Below, piece by piece: positions 12,840-24,600 of a DNA stretch of 64,000 nucleotides; the first letter of the stretch is position 1; every line of letters starts with the position of its first letter. Under the pieces are notes generated by a model that did no database searches, was not told the DNA's origin, and saw only the letters and a program-made list of their open reading frames with translations. The position numbers and the translations under genes are program-made. Source of the stretch: Eledone cirrhosa (taxonomy: Eukaryota); the NCBI GenBank assembly GCA_964016885.1, contig OZ024752.1, forward strand, positions 47,058,001-47,122,000. Reading direction: 5' to 3'.

Positions 12840-13153
12840 GTGTTGAGAGAGAAACTGGGTATAAGAGGGATAAGTTGTGGTGTGCAGGAGAGAAGGCTGA
12901 GATGGTATGGACATGTGATGCACATGGAGGATGACCGCTGGGTAAAGAAGTGCCAAGAAATGCCAGTAGAAGGAAGACGCAGTAGAGGAAGACCACGAAA
13001 AACATGGGCGGAGGTGGTGAGAGCAGACCTCAGATCGCTGAAGCTCACAGAGGAGATGACGAAGGACCGTGACAAGTGGAGAGATGCTGTGCTGAATAGG
13101 ACCCGTCCCACTCTTGCAAGCAGGGAAAAGCGGGCGTAAAATGATGATGATGA
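12840..13153 (+). mobile_element. 5'-truncated RTE LINE 3' end with (ATG)n tail
   Basis: LREKLGIRGISCGVQERRLRWYGHVMHM...GRRSRGRPRKTW followed by TAAAATGATGATGATG. Confidence 0.9.
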
Positions 13154-13296
13154 AATCAAATTCCATTTTTAGTTTTCTACTATGTTGAAAATTTGTTTCA
13201 CTAATTTATTATTAATTAAAAAGAATAACCTAATGAACTTTCAAAAATAATTGAAGATGTTTTACCTCAGTAATTATCTAATTAGCTGATGTAATT

Positions 13297-13580
13297 ATGA
13301 GTTCAATTCTCAGACCGGGTGATGTGTTGTTTCCTTGAGCAAGACACTTTATTTCACATTGCTCCAGTTTACTCAGCTGTAGAAATGAGATGATAGGACT
13401 GGGGTCCCTTTCATTCCACTGCAAAGTGGTCGTGGAGGTGCCACGGCAAAAAAGCACCCAGCCCTCACTGTAAATGAGGTTGGTGTTAGGAAGGGCATCC
13501 AGCTGTAGAAATCAAGCCAGAATCAGTTCCTGTCCCACCCTTGCAAGCAGGGAAAAGTGGACGTAAAATGAAATGAATGA
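13297..13580 (+). mobile_element. 5'-truncated CORE-type SINE with RTE-derived tail
   Basis: GAGTTCAATTC B-box, CCTTGAGCAAGACACTTTA core, then sequence shared with RTE 3' UTRs. Near-identical to the copies at 40157, 54532 and 63538. Confidence 0.85.
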
Positions 13581-13646
13581 ATTATATGATTATGTTAAAT
13601 GAAATATCAATGAAAGTTGTTGCTTTTCTTGAATCTATTTATACAG

Positions 13647-13827
13647 GGAGTAGTTAAACGAGATTATATTGTGTTTGAAGCTGTGAGATCTCGTAATATT
13701 CCTATAATGATGTTAACCAGTGGTGGCTACATGAGAAGTAATGCTCGCATCATTGCTAATTCTATTCTCAATCTACATAAAAGTCAACTTATTGACTGTG
13801 AAGACGCAAGACATTATCAATCAATAG
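13647..13827 (+). CDS. HDAC11: HDAC11-like exon with SGGY catalytic Tyr motif
   Basis: atacAG acceptor and GTAAGA donor; GVVKRDYIVFEAVRSRNIPIMMLTSGGYMRSNARIIANSILNL...QSI plus 1 nt. Confidence 0.95.
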
Positions 13828-13939
13828 GTAAGAACTCTATTGTTATAGATCAAACAAAACAGTCATCATGTCCACTTTGCATGTTGACATGGGTTGGACA
13901 AGTTGTTATTGTCACAGTCAGTTCTTATTTTGAGTTGTA

Positions 13940-14311
13940 CAAAGTGAAACCTACTACAGTCAGTAGGCACCCCTAACAAAATACACCCCCGTACCACTAC
14001 CCCCACCCCATCCACACCACCTCTTTCAATGTAAAGATTTGTTGGTACCACAACATCCAGTCCGAAACAAATGAGGTCGTGTAGGTGTCACAACAAAAAA
14101 ACACACAGTCCACGCTGTAATGTGGCCGTGTAGGCAACACGGTAAAAACCTCCCAGACCCACACTATAAACGTGGTTGGTGTTAGGAAGGGCATCCAGCT
14201 GTAGAAAACCCGCCAGACAGTCGTATACGAGCAAGACAACGACTCTTGCTTCAAGTAGGAAAACTCCCATCCAAACCCATGCAAGCGTGGAAGATGGACG
14301 TTAAATGATGA
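13940..14311 (+). mobile_element. RTE LINE 3'-UTR-type element
   Basis: Closely similar to 59720-60100, where it follows RTE coding remnants. Contains GGTTGGTGTTAGGAAGGGCATCCAGC and ends TTAAATGATGA. Confidence 0.75.
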
Positions 14312-15117
14312 GTTAATGACCTTCTAGATGGGTCAGATGGCCATTTCTCTCACTTGTATGTGAGCAAGGTCTGGTTCGCCGACCTATCATTCACATTACT
14401 CTATATATACCCCAGCAAGTTTTATGAAAGGTGGGTGAAAGTAGGGAGAATGGCCAGAGTGAATGGGTCTTCTCTCTATATCAGCCTGTAGGTGAAAGAA
14501 GAGGAAAAAGAAGAGACGAGGGAAGCACCTACTCTTTGTGCTCCTGAGGAGAAGGGTTGCACATTTTTTCCGGGGTGTGTGCAACCCATGTTAATGCCCC
14601 CTCCCTATTGAGGACTTCGTTTGTTGTTATTTCATTGTTATATTTTTGTACTCGTTAATTATATGTAAACTTCCCCCCTTGTATCTGTCCCTACCTTTTG
14701 TGCCCTAGTGGCAAATAAAGAAACCACTCTATATATACTATTATATTTTCACAGTCAAGGCTTTACCTTACATAATTATCTCACATTACTCTATATATAC
14801 TATTATATTTTCACGGTCAAGGCTTTACCTTACATAATTATCTCACATAATATCAAATCTATAAGATTTTGATATTATTTATTTTGAGAATGATACCTTA
14901 ACATCAGTATGAGTGGCCATTTACGGCTGCTTTGAACAGAAAGATGTGAGAGAATTCTGGCTGGATACGGCTAGTTTAAATGCTAAAGGGTTAAACCATG
15001 ACAACCTGTTTAACCCATGTCAGCATGGAAAGTGGACATAAAATGATGATAATTATGACAAATTTCCAGACCTAAGAAGATTCTATGTAATTTCTCTCTT
15101 TAATGTTGTAATTTCAG

Positions 15118-15248
15118 ATAGCCTGTGCTCTGTTTCATCTGAACCGGTTTCACGAAGTCGCAGTGACAGTTTCTTATCCAGACTTTTCTGTACAGAACCT
15201 AAAAAGAGTCCATCTATGGAATCTCAGATTAATGAACCAAAATCCTAA
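15118..15248 (+). CDS. HDAC11: Probable terminal coding exon of HDAC11-like gene (Ser-rich tail)
   Basis: Pyrimidine tract plus atttcAG. Phase 1 matches the upstream donor and the frame is open to TAA: (D)SLCSVSSEPVSRSRSDSFLSRLFCTEPKKSPSMESQINEPKS*. No recognised homology supports it. Confidence 0.72.
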
Positions 15249-16327
15249 CACAAAAGACTTTTAACTAATTCTTTTAAATATATGAATAATTTCCATCTCT
15301 GAAAACCCCAACATTCTTTTGAACAGTTCTTGGCAGTTCTTAATGCTGGGGCACCATCATTAATGCTTAACATCTTGTATCACATTAGCAAGACATTCTT
15401 GAAAAGTACAAAGGAGCATTATGCCTGCATCACATTAATGATTAAAATCATTACTCTAATATTGCAAATGTTCATAACAGCCTGTACAACTAGTAAATAT
15501 ACGATAAACATTTGAATTAACAAACCCATTATTTTAGATATTTTCTGCTAAATCATTACAGAATGTTAAGAGTTAAGTCTTAAATACCAAGATTTGGTAT
15601 TGAGAATTACTCCATAATTTATTTGTTGTTTATCCTAAGCATAAAACTGTGATATTTTATGAAATAATTGAACAAACCTATAACATTAAACTCTATGAAA
15701 CTCATAAGACTGTTTACTTATGAGAATTGTTTAAACAATTTAAATTATACAAAATGATAGATCATTGTAAACTAATGAGAATTTCATTTTTATTTTCCAC
15801 TACCACACATATTTCTCTAGTACTGGTGCCATGATCAAATGCACCCAGTACATTCTGTAAAGTGGTATTACTACTAAAGTCACTATAATATACTCCCAGT
15901 ATATGCTGTAAAGAGCATCCAATCATAAAAACCAAGTATGGAAATTGAGCAAGATTAGGTCTTTCTAACCATGGCAACCCATGCCAGCATGATGATGATA
16001 TTACCCTGTGGCTCCAGAATAGCCAAATGGTTAAGGAGATCACTTCACAATCCTGAGGTCCCAGATTTGATCCATCCCACTTCATGGCATTTTGGGAAAG
16101 TGTCTTACAATAGCCTCAGCTTGAACCAAACCTTGTAAATGAAATTGGTTACACAGAAATGGTTTGGAAGCCTGTCAGATGGTCTGGACATGTAATTCAA
16201 AGGGATAACATTGTCACACACTGTGTAACACTGAATCTTTCTAAGAATTACATTAAAGGTATACGTTTGTGGAATACTCAGTCACTTTTATATTAATGTA
16301 ACCCTTTAGCATTTACATTCCTCTATA

Positions 16328-16480
16328 CAGTAAAATTCCGTTTATAACGAAATTCACAGGGTATTAAAAATTTTCGTTGTAACGAAAAATTCTCTATAAT
16401 GAGATTGACCCAATACATTGGCCGGGGATTGAAAAAAATTTTGTTATACTGAAAAATTCGTTATAACGGAATTTTACCTG
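16328..16480. mobile_element. pogo/Tigger-like MITE nested in a TTAA-MITE
   Basis: TA-CAGTAAAATTCCGTTTATAACGAA ... TTCGTTATAACGGAATTTTACCTG-TA, interrupting the TTAA-MITE at ~16302-16668. Confidence 0.85.
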
Positions 16481-18039
16481 TATTTTCTATTACATTTTCA
16501 CAGTAAAGGCTTTATCTTACATAATATCAAATCTACAAGATGTTGATGTTATTTATTTCGAGAACAATACCTTAACATCAGTATGAGAAGCTAGTTATGG
16601 CCAGTTTGAACAAAACAAAAAATGTGGGAGAATTCTAGCCGGATATGGCTGGTTTAAATGGTAAAGGATTAAAGTATGAGCCATTCCATTGACCAAACAA
16701 GTGGAACACTCATTGTTGAAACAGGTGGAGGTTCATATTTCTCTTTTATCTTTATTACCTTGCACTTTAACACTCAACGTGTTTCCAATTTAAAATCTGT
16801 AACACTAACATCACTAGTATATCTCAATTGTTTTTAACATGTAGAACTAAATCAGAAAAATACAAGCTATATATTATAATATCAGAATAACAGATACTAC
16901 TGAATCATTACAAACATTTGCAGTTAGTAAATTGTCAGTCACTAGATGATCGGACAAAATACCTTTCAGTATTTGTTCCATTTCTTTGTGATCTAAGTTC
17001 AGGTCCCGTTCAAATGAACTTTGACTTTCATCCTTTTACGGTTGATAAAATAAAGAATTATTCCAGGCAGTGGATTAGTGGAATTAGAGCATCAGGTGAA
17101 ATGATTTGTACTAGTTGTTTTAGTTCTTTCTGTGTTGAGTTCAAATTCTGGAGTTGCCAACTTGGGTGCCTTTAGCAGAGTTCATTTTGTTGCAAGCATT
17201 TGGGCCATATTTGGAATTTGTTCCTTCTTCCCTCTGCAGCTGCAATAATTGAAACTTTATTTCTTAAGGGCAGTGGATTGGCAGTATCGGTAGAGGGTCA
17301 GACGCCATGCTTTTCAGCATAGAGTTACGACCCTTTACGGTCTGAGTTCAAATCCTGCCAAGGTTAACTTTGCCTTTCAACCTTACAGGGTTGATAAAAT
17401 AAAGCACCAGTAATTTACTGGGATAGTTGTTGGCCTTGTGCCAAAAATAGAAACAATTATTTCTTAGGTGTATCTGAAGATTGGTTCTTTGTTTTCTATG
17501 AGGCTCAAAAGCTTGTGGAAGGGCCAGGGTTTCTACTTTTTTCTCCCTGTCTAAACTGAAAATAAAAAGGAAAATGTCTGTTATATTATCCACAAAGATG
17601 TCACATGATCACAAACTACCCATATTCCACTGAATTATATACACACTTTTAAGGAATATATAACAAAATATTTATGGCTTGTATGTTAAATTTTATATCC
17701 TGTGTCCACCATTGAAAATATCTGATCAAATAATTGTTTCTACACTAGGATAATTGCTGGCACAAGACCAGCAATTATCCTAGTGTATTACTGGTACTTT
17801 ATTTTATCGATCCTGTAATATCTGATGAAATAATGATCTTAGATCATTCAATCTTCATTATAACATTATATCTTCTTCATTGAAATGTTCACAAAAAGAA
17901 AAATGTAATAAAAAAAAACCTTAAAAGCTAAAATATTGGTTGTTATAATCACAATGACTCAGTTGTTTTATCCTCTGGCCGTCTTCAGATGGTTCTTGTA
18001 TTTTGTAATGAAACCAATATTAGGGTTGCACCAAATATT

Positions 18040-18280
18040 AACTGCAGCATTAGACTGAGAGACTTCAATGCACATGTTGGCACTGACCACCTGACCACCT
18101 GACATGGAGTGATTGGAAGGAATAATGATCCCAATCTAAATAGTAATGGAGAAGCCTCATTAGACTTCTGTTCTGGTAATGCGCTCGCTATTATGAACAC
18201 CTTCCAGCATAGAGACATCCATAAATATACATGGTATAAGGGAAATCAAGAACAAAGACCAATAATTGATTTTTTATTAT
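18040..18280 (+). mobile_element. LINE AP-endonuclease fragment (RTE-like)
   Basis: DFNAHVG...VIGRNNDPNLNSNGEASLDFC...IMNTFQHRDIHKYTW...IIDF are APE domain motifs, with an in-frame stop. Confidence 0.85.
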
Positions 18281-18288
18281 CTCTGAAC

Positions 18289-18321
<33 letters not shown>

Positions 18322-18896
18322 TGTCAGGTTGCTCTTCTGCACTACTAGTAACATGTAAACCAGTACATGTGCATGGTCGGATCATTGGCAACTAAACCGG
18401 TAGCCCCTCCAAATTTGCTTGGTGAGGAGTGTTATTTTGGACACCCTGTGGGATGAAAAACAAAAGGCAGTGGAACTCAGGGCATCCAATAAAGCTCTTT
18501 TTTTTTGTGGGGCAAGAAACCCCTAGACTTCATTAAGACATCTCTTTAGTAGGTCACTCTGATATAAAACCTACGACTTCATTTGCATCCAATGATGTAG
18601 ATCAGTTCTTCTTTTTGGGTAAATGGGATTAACCCCGTGCAAAGCTTTTCCTCACTTAAAAAAGCTTCAAGCACAGGCATTGCTTGATATGTGACATTTT
18701 TGTATTGCTGGTCATAGGTAAGTCTCTAGCTGGACTAAAAAACAGGATTTAAGTTACGTGGACATTTGGTCTGGATTCAAGTAGAGACACAAGGTAGGTT
18801 CGTTTGCTTCCCACCACAGTTTTTGCAACATGCATTCTAATATATATGTGTGTGTGTATGTGTATTAGTAATTCAAACCCACTTGCATTGTATGGC

Positions 18897-21345
18897 TTCC
18901 TAAACATACCCAGAGGGCGTAAGAAGCAGTTTTAGGGTGTATATGTACCATAGGGTCTCCATCTGAATCCTGGTCAGAGGGCTAAAGTAATGGATCTTCT
19001 ACAGCCAGCTAAGGCCTAGTCACTAGAAGCAGTCTTAGGGCATATACTTCACATAACATATCCTACGGCCAGCTAAACTCTGGTTAATGCCAGGTTAGAG
19101 GGTGAAAGAAGCTGTTTTGGAGCATATGATTCCCATAGGATCTACATCTGGCTAAAGCTTTGTCAATGCCAAGTTAGAGGGCAAAATAAGCAGTTTTAGG
19201 GTATATACTTCCCATATAACCTTCTACGGCCAGCTAAACCTTGATCAATGCCAAGTTAGAGGACAAAATAAGCAGTTTTAGGGTATATACTTCCCATTTG
19301 ACCTTCTACGGCCAGCTAAACCTTGATCAATGCCAAGTTAGAGGGCAAAATAAGCAGTTTTAGGGTATATACTTCCCATTTGACCTACGGCCAGCTAAAC
19401 CTTGATCAATGCCAAGTTAGAGGGCAAAATAAGCAGTTTTAGGGTATATACTTCCCATATAACCTTCTACGGCCAGCTAAACCTTGATCAATGCCAAGTT
19501 AGAGGACAAAATAAGCAGTTTTAGGGTATATACTTCCCATATAACCTTCTACGGCCAGCTAAACCTTGATCAATGCCAAGTTAGAGGACAAAATAAGCAG
19601 TTTTAGGGTATATACTTCCCATTTGACCTTCTACGGCCAGCTAAACCTTGATCAATGCCAAGTTAGAGGGCAAAATAAGCAGTTTTAGGGTATATACTTC
19701 CCATTTGACCTACGGCCAGCTAAACCTTGATCAATGCCAAGTTAGAGGGCAAAATAAGCAGTTTTAGGGTATATACTTCCCATATAACCTTCTACGGCCA
19801 GCTAAACCTTGATCAATGCCAAGTTAGAGGACAAAATAAGCAGTTTTAGGGTATATACTTCCCATATAACCTTCTACGGCCAGCTAAACCTTGATCAATG
19901 CCAAGTTAGAGGACAAAATAAGCAGTTTTAGGGTATATACTTCCCATATAACCTTCTACGGCCAGCTAAACCTTGATCAATGCCAAGTTAGAGGACAAAA
20001 TAAGCAGTTTTAGGGTATATACTTCCCATATAACCTTCTACGGCCAGCTAAACCTTGATCAATGCCAAGTTAGAGGACAAAATAAGCAGTTTTAGGGTAT
20101 ATACTTCCCATATAACCTTCTACGGCCAGCTAAACCTTGATCAATGCCAAAATAAGCAGTTTTAGGGTATATACTTCCCATATAACCTTCTACGGCCAGC
20201 TAAACCTTGATCAATGCCAAAATAAGCAGTTTTAGGGTATATACTTCCCATATAACCTTCTACGGCCAGCTAAACCTTGATCAATGCCAAGTTAGAGGAC
20301 AAAATAAGCAGTTTTAGGGTATATACTTCCCATATGACCTACTACGGTCAGCTAAACCTTGGTCAATGCCACAGACCAATGTCATGTATAACTGAGGGGT
20401 GAGTCACACTAAAGTGTACATTATATAGTTTTATTATTACCTTTATATTGTAAATGTTACTCAACAGAACATTATGCAGAATTAGTGGGAACCCTAATAT
20501 ACATCAATCAGTTTCCCATAGCTGGGGCAGTCAGCTGTTGGGGTGCTATTCTATATGTTTTACTGTGTCTCTATGACATATTTAGAAATATTTGACAACG
20601 CCCATCTCCGCTCCAAGTGTCCCACCCCTCACTAAGTTCAGCATGCCACCATCTGGGTGTTGTTGAGAACCAATGTACTGGTGTCTCCATCATGACAGTT
20701 CAGCAAGCCTTAGAAATATTTGATAGCCAGCTAAACCTTGTTCAGTGCCCGGTTTTAGGGTGTATATGTCCCATACGATCTCCTACAACCAGCTAAACCC
20801 TGGTCACCACAAGCTTAGAGGATGAAAGAAGCAGTTTTAGGGCATATACTCCACATAGCATCTCCATGGTCAATAGCTAGCTAAACCATTGTCAATACCA
20901 AATAATTTCCATGGGTCCTTTATGTTATGAGGCAAGTCTTGCAATATATATGTGTGTGGGAGTACACTTATAGTTGTCCTTTGAAATTTGAAGATGACAA
21001 AGTTGTTCATCAATTGTGGATCCTTTGGTAACAGCAGGCGAAATGAACAGTTTACGGGTCTAATCTTCTCATAGGATCCTTTACGGCCAGCTAACTCATC
21101 GACAATGCCAGGTGAGAGGGTGATTGAAACAGTTTAAGGACGTATACTTCCCATAGTATCTCCTAAAAAATGGTCAGTGCTAGCCAGCTAAACTATAATC
21201 AGTGTCTGCTTAGAGGTCGAAAGAAGCAGTTTTAGAGTGTATACTTCCCATAGTATCTCCTATGGGCACTGAAACCCAGGCTAGTAATGAATCTCCTACG
21301 GCCAGCTAAACCCTGGTCGCTGCAACCATAAAGGGCGAAAGGAGT
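18897..21345. repeat. 82-bp satellite: homogeneous core ~19170-20370 with degenerate flanking units
   Basis: Unit TACGGCCAGCTAAACCTTGATCAATGCCAAGTTAGAGGACAAAATAAGCAGTTTTAGGGTATATACTTCCCATATAACCTTC, with 79- and 70-bp deletion variants. Confidence 0.95.
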
Positions 21346-21405
21346 CATTTATGTAGCTGGACTGTCGTCTATACGGAGGTGACTGATTATTCACTGAAAA
21401 AAATA

Positions 21406-21834
21406 TATAAACGCAATCTAAGAAGACACTGGGCCTCTATATGCTCTTCCTTGCTGTCAGTCAACATACTTCTAAATTTGTTACTGTTTGAAGGGTCTTT
21501 TAACTTGCATACTCGTCTCCTGAGTCGAGGTCGATAAAGAAAGTACCAGTCTAGTACTGGGAACGATTCTTCTTCTATCCTATCTGGAAGAAATCTGTTG
21601 TATACTTCTTTCTGTGTAGTTAGTAGCCAACACACTCAAGTGTTCTTTTAAAAGAAAAAAAACTTTATTTCATGTTGCTCCAGTACACCCAGTTAGGGCA
21701 TCCTATCCAAAGAACATAGAATAAACATTATATATATACTAAATTAGATATAATCAATAATTTATACTTATAAGACGGACAGTTTGCATTTTTTATTTCC
21801 AGAAACAAGTATATTTACTTACGTATTAATTGTT
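21406..21834 (+). repeat. Extra direct copy of palindrome-arm segment ~23688-24112
   Basis: TATAAACGCAATCTAAG...ACGTATTAATTGTT occurs here, at ~23688-24112, and inverted at ~34187-34612. It produces the duplicated ORFs 21387-21635 and 23673-23912. Confidence 0.92.
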
Positions 21835-23517
21835 GATGGACCAGGTCATGAAAGTAACAGAAAGAGTTATAGCACAGTTGATTAGGGACCGGGTGAAACT
21901 AGAGATGCAATTTGGGTTTGTACCAGGAAGAGGCACCACTGATGCCCTCTTCCTTGTCAGGCAGTTACAGGAAAAGTACCTTGCTAAAAGTAAGCCACTC
22001 TACCTGGCATTTGTCGACCTTGAGAAAGCCTTTGACAGAGTTCCACGTGCTGTAATCTGGTGGGCTCTTAGAAAACTAGGAGTAGATGAATGGCTTGTGA
22101 AAGCGGTACAAGCCATGTATAGGGGAGCAGTCAGCAAAGTTAGGATTAGCAATGAGTATAGCGAGGAATTTAGCGTACAGGTTGGGGTCCACCAGGGCTC
22201 TGTTCTTAGCCCCCTCCTGTTTATCATAGTCCTGCAGGCAATAACGGAGGAGTTTAAGACCAGATGCCCATGGGAACTCCTGTATGCTGATGACCTCGCA
22301 CTTATAGCTGAATCTATGGTAGAACTAGAGAAGAAATTCCAAACTTGGAAGCAGGGACTAGAAAGAAAGGGTCTCAAAGTCAACATGACAAAGACTAAGG
22401 TCCTTGTAAGTAGACGAGAAAACAGAACCCAGATCCCCTCAGGGAAATGGCCTTGCTCAGTATGTAGGAAAGGTGTAGGTAGGAACTCCATTCTCTGCCC
22501 CAAATGCAAACAATGGGTACACAAGAGATGTAGCGGGATCTCAGGAAGCTTAATTAAGAATGTAGGCTTCACATGCAGCAGCTGTGCTGGGACAGCAAGC
22601 AGGGAACAAGTACCACCAATCTCTGGGAGGGCTCTGTAGAAACAGTAGACAGCTTCTGCTACCTAGGTGACCGAATTAGCAGTGGAGGTGGGTGTTCAGA
22701 AAGTACAATAACTAGGATAAGAACGGGATGGAAGAAGTTTAGGGAATTACTACCACTGCTAGCTGCAAAAGGCTTCTCCCTCAAAATGAAAGGCAGACTG
22801 TATGATGCGTGTATCCGAACAGCGATGTTGCATGGTAGTGAGACCTGGGCGCTGAAGGTGGAAGACTTATGTAGATTAGAGAGAAACGAAGCCTGCATGC
22901 TCCAATGGATGTGTAACAGTAATATACGCAAACGACAAAGCATAAATGAATTGAGAGAGAGACTGAGCATAAGAGGAATCAAATGCTGTGTGCAGGAGAG
23001 GCGGTTGCGCTGGTATGGACATGTGATGCATATGAAAGATGACAGCTGCATAAAAAGGTGCAGAGCACTAGAAGTCGATGGAAACCGCGGAGTGGGGAGA
23101 CCCAAGATGAGGTGATAAAAGCCGACCTTACCCAATTACACCTCTCAAAGGCGATGACACACGACCGTGACCTCTGGCATCACGCAGTAATACAGAGTAC
23201 CTGACCTCCCATGAGTACAAGCTGAAGCATATAGACAATATGCCCCCACACCCCCTACTGCAAGGTGGTCGTGGAGGTGCCACGGCAAAAAAGCACCCAG
23301 CCCACACTGTAAAGTGGACATGTAGGCGCCACGAAAAAGCACCCAGCACTCACTGTAAATGAGGTTGGTGTTAGGAAGGGCATCCAGCTGTAGAAATCAA
23401 GCCAAATCAGTTCCTGTATGAGCAAGGCATAGTCAGCCGACCAGACACTGCCCACAACAGGACAACTCGTCTAACCCATGCTAGCGTGGAAGAATAGACG
23501 TAAAACGGTGATGATGA
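21834..23517 (+). mobile_element. 5'-truncated, frameshifted RTE-clade LINE (RT, PHD-like Cys cluster, 3' UTR)
   Basis: RT motifs QFGF, FVDLEKAFDRVPR, GVHQGSVLSPLLF and YADD. Frameshift near 22610, C-terminal RLRWYGHV, and an (ATG)n tail. Confidence 0.95.
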
Positions 23518-24154
23518 AAGAGACGAACACATGTATATAACTATGTGTGTTCAAATCACAAGAGACAGAAACCGTGAGGGTGAAGAAAATACTGATTAAA
23601 TTGATTCCAGTGGATTACTGGTATTTTATTTAATGAGAATTAAAATTTACTGTTCGTCTAGCTTGCTGTCAGTCAACATACTTCTAAATATAAACGCAAT
23701 CTAAGCAGACACTGGGCCTCTATATGCTCTTCCTTGTTGTCAGTCAACATACTTCTAAATTTGTTACTGTTTGAAGGGTCTTTTAACTTGCATACTCGTC
23801 TCCTGAGTCGATAAAGAAAGTACCAGTCTAGTACTGGGAACGATTCTTCTTCTATCCTATCTGGAAGAAATCTGTTGTATACTTCTTTCTGTGTAGTTAG
23901 TAGCCAACACACTCAAGTGTTCTTTTAAAAGAAAAAAAACTTTATTTCATGTTGCTCCAGTACACCCAGTTAGGGCATCCTATCCAAAGAACATAGAATA
24001 AACATTATATATATACTAAATTAGATATAATCAATAATTTATACTTATAAGACGGACGGTTTGCATTTTTTATTTCCAGAAACAAGTATATTTACTTACG
24101 TATTAATTGTTATGTATAAATGTACCAAATACTAGTAGTTTCTAAATTAATTTA

Positions 24155-24600
24155 TATATAGAAACGGAATGAGAGTGAGGTAACACCCGGAATATATTTT
24201 GAGGCGTGCCATCTCGCTTTCGTTCCGTTTCTATTTTTTTTTTTAAAAACAATAAATAAAATTTTACCTATAAGTATGACTAATTTGCTTAGTAGAATTG
24301 CGGCTTCGCGCGGCGATGCGCGTAGCGGTTCGGACTTCGTTTGCCTACTTATGTATGGTGTGACCATTCTATGTGTCTGAAGATCGAATCGTTACGAGGT
24401 CTTCGTGGCTTATGCAGCTGGGACTATTTGCAGGCTGGCTACTTGCTGGCCTGCGTTCCCGGACCTCGCGAACAATCGATTTTTGGTGTATATTTAAATT
24501 AGAGTTATCGCCCTTTATTTAGAGTTACTTCCCCTTAATTTAATTGACTTCCGGTTTTTTGAAAAAAGATCATTTGGAATATCGTGTTGTGAGAGGTATG
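24155..24600 (+). promoter_or_regulatory. CpG-rich promoter-like block (mirror ~33700-34143)
   Basis: High CpG density in an otherwise CpG-poor window (GCGGCTTCGCGCGGCGATGCGCGTAGCGG). ETS-type ACTTCCGG at ~24547, followed by a GAG|GTATGT donor at 24596. Confidence 0.45.

Noticed and set aside
21830-23115. Active reverse transcriptase gene or retron-like system
   Set aside because: This is an ordinary 5'-truncated, frameshifted RTE LINE with no endonuclease domain.
22000-23135. Long antisense ORFs (190 and 158 aa) and their mirrors at 35162-36297
   Set aside because: Shadow ORFs of the RT coding strand with no independent motifs.
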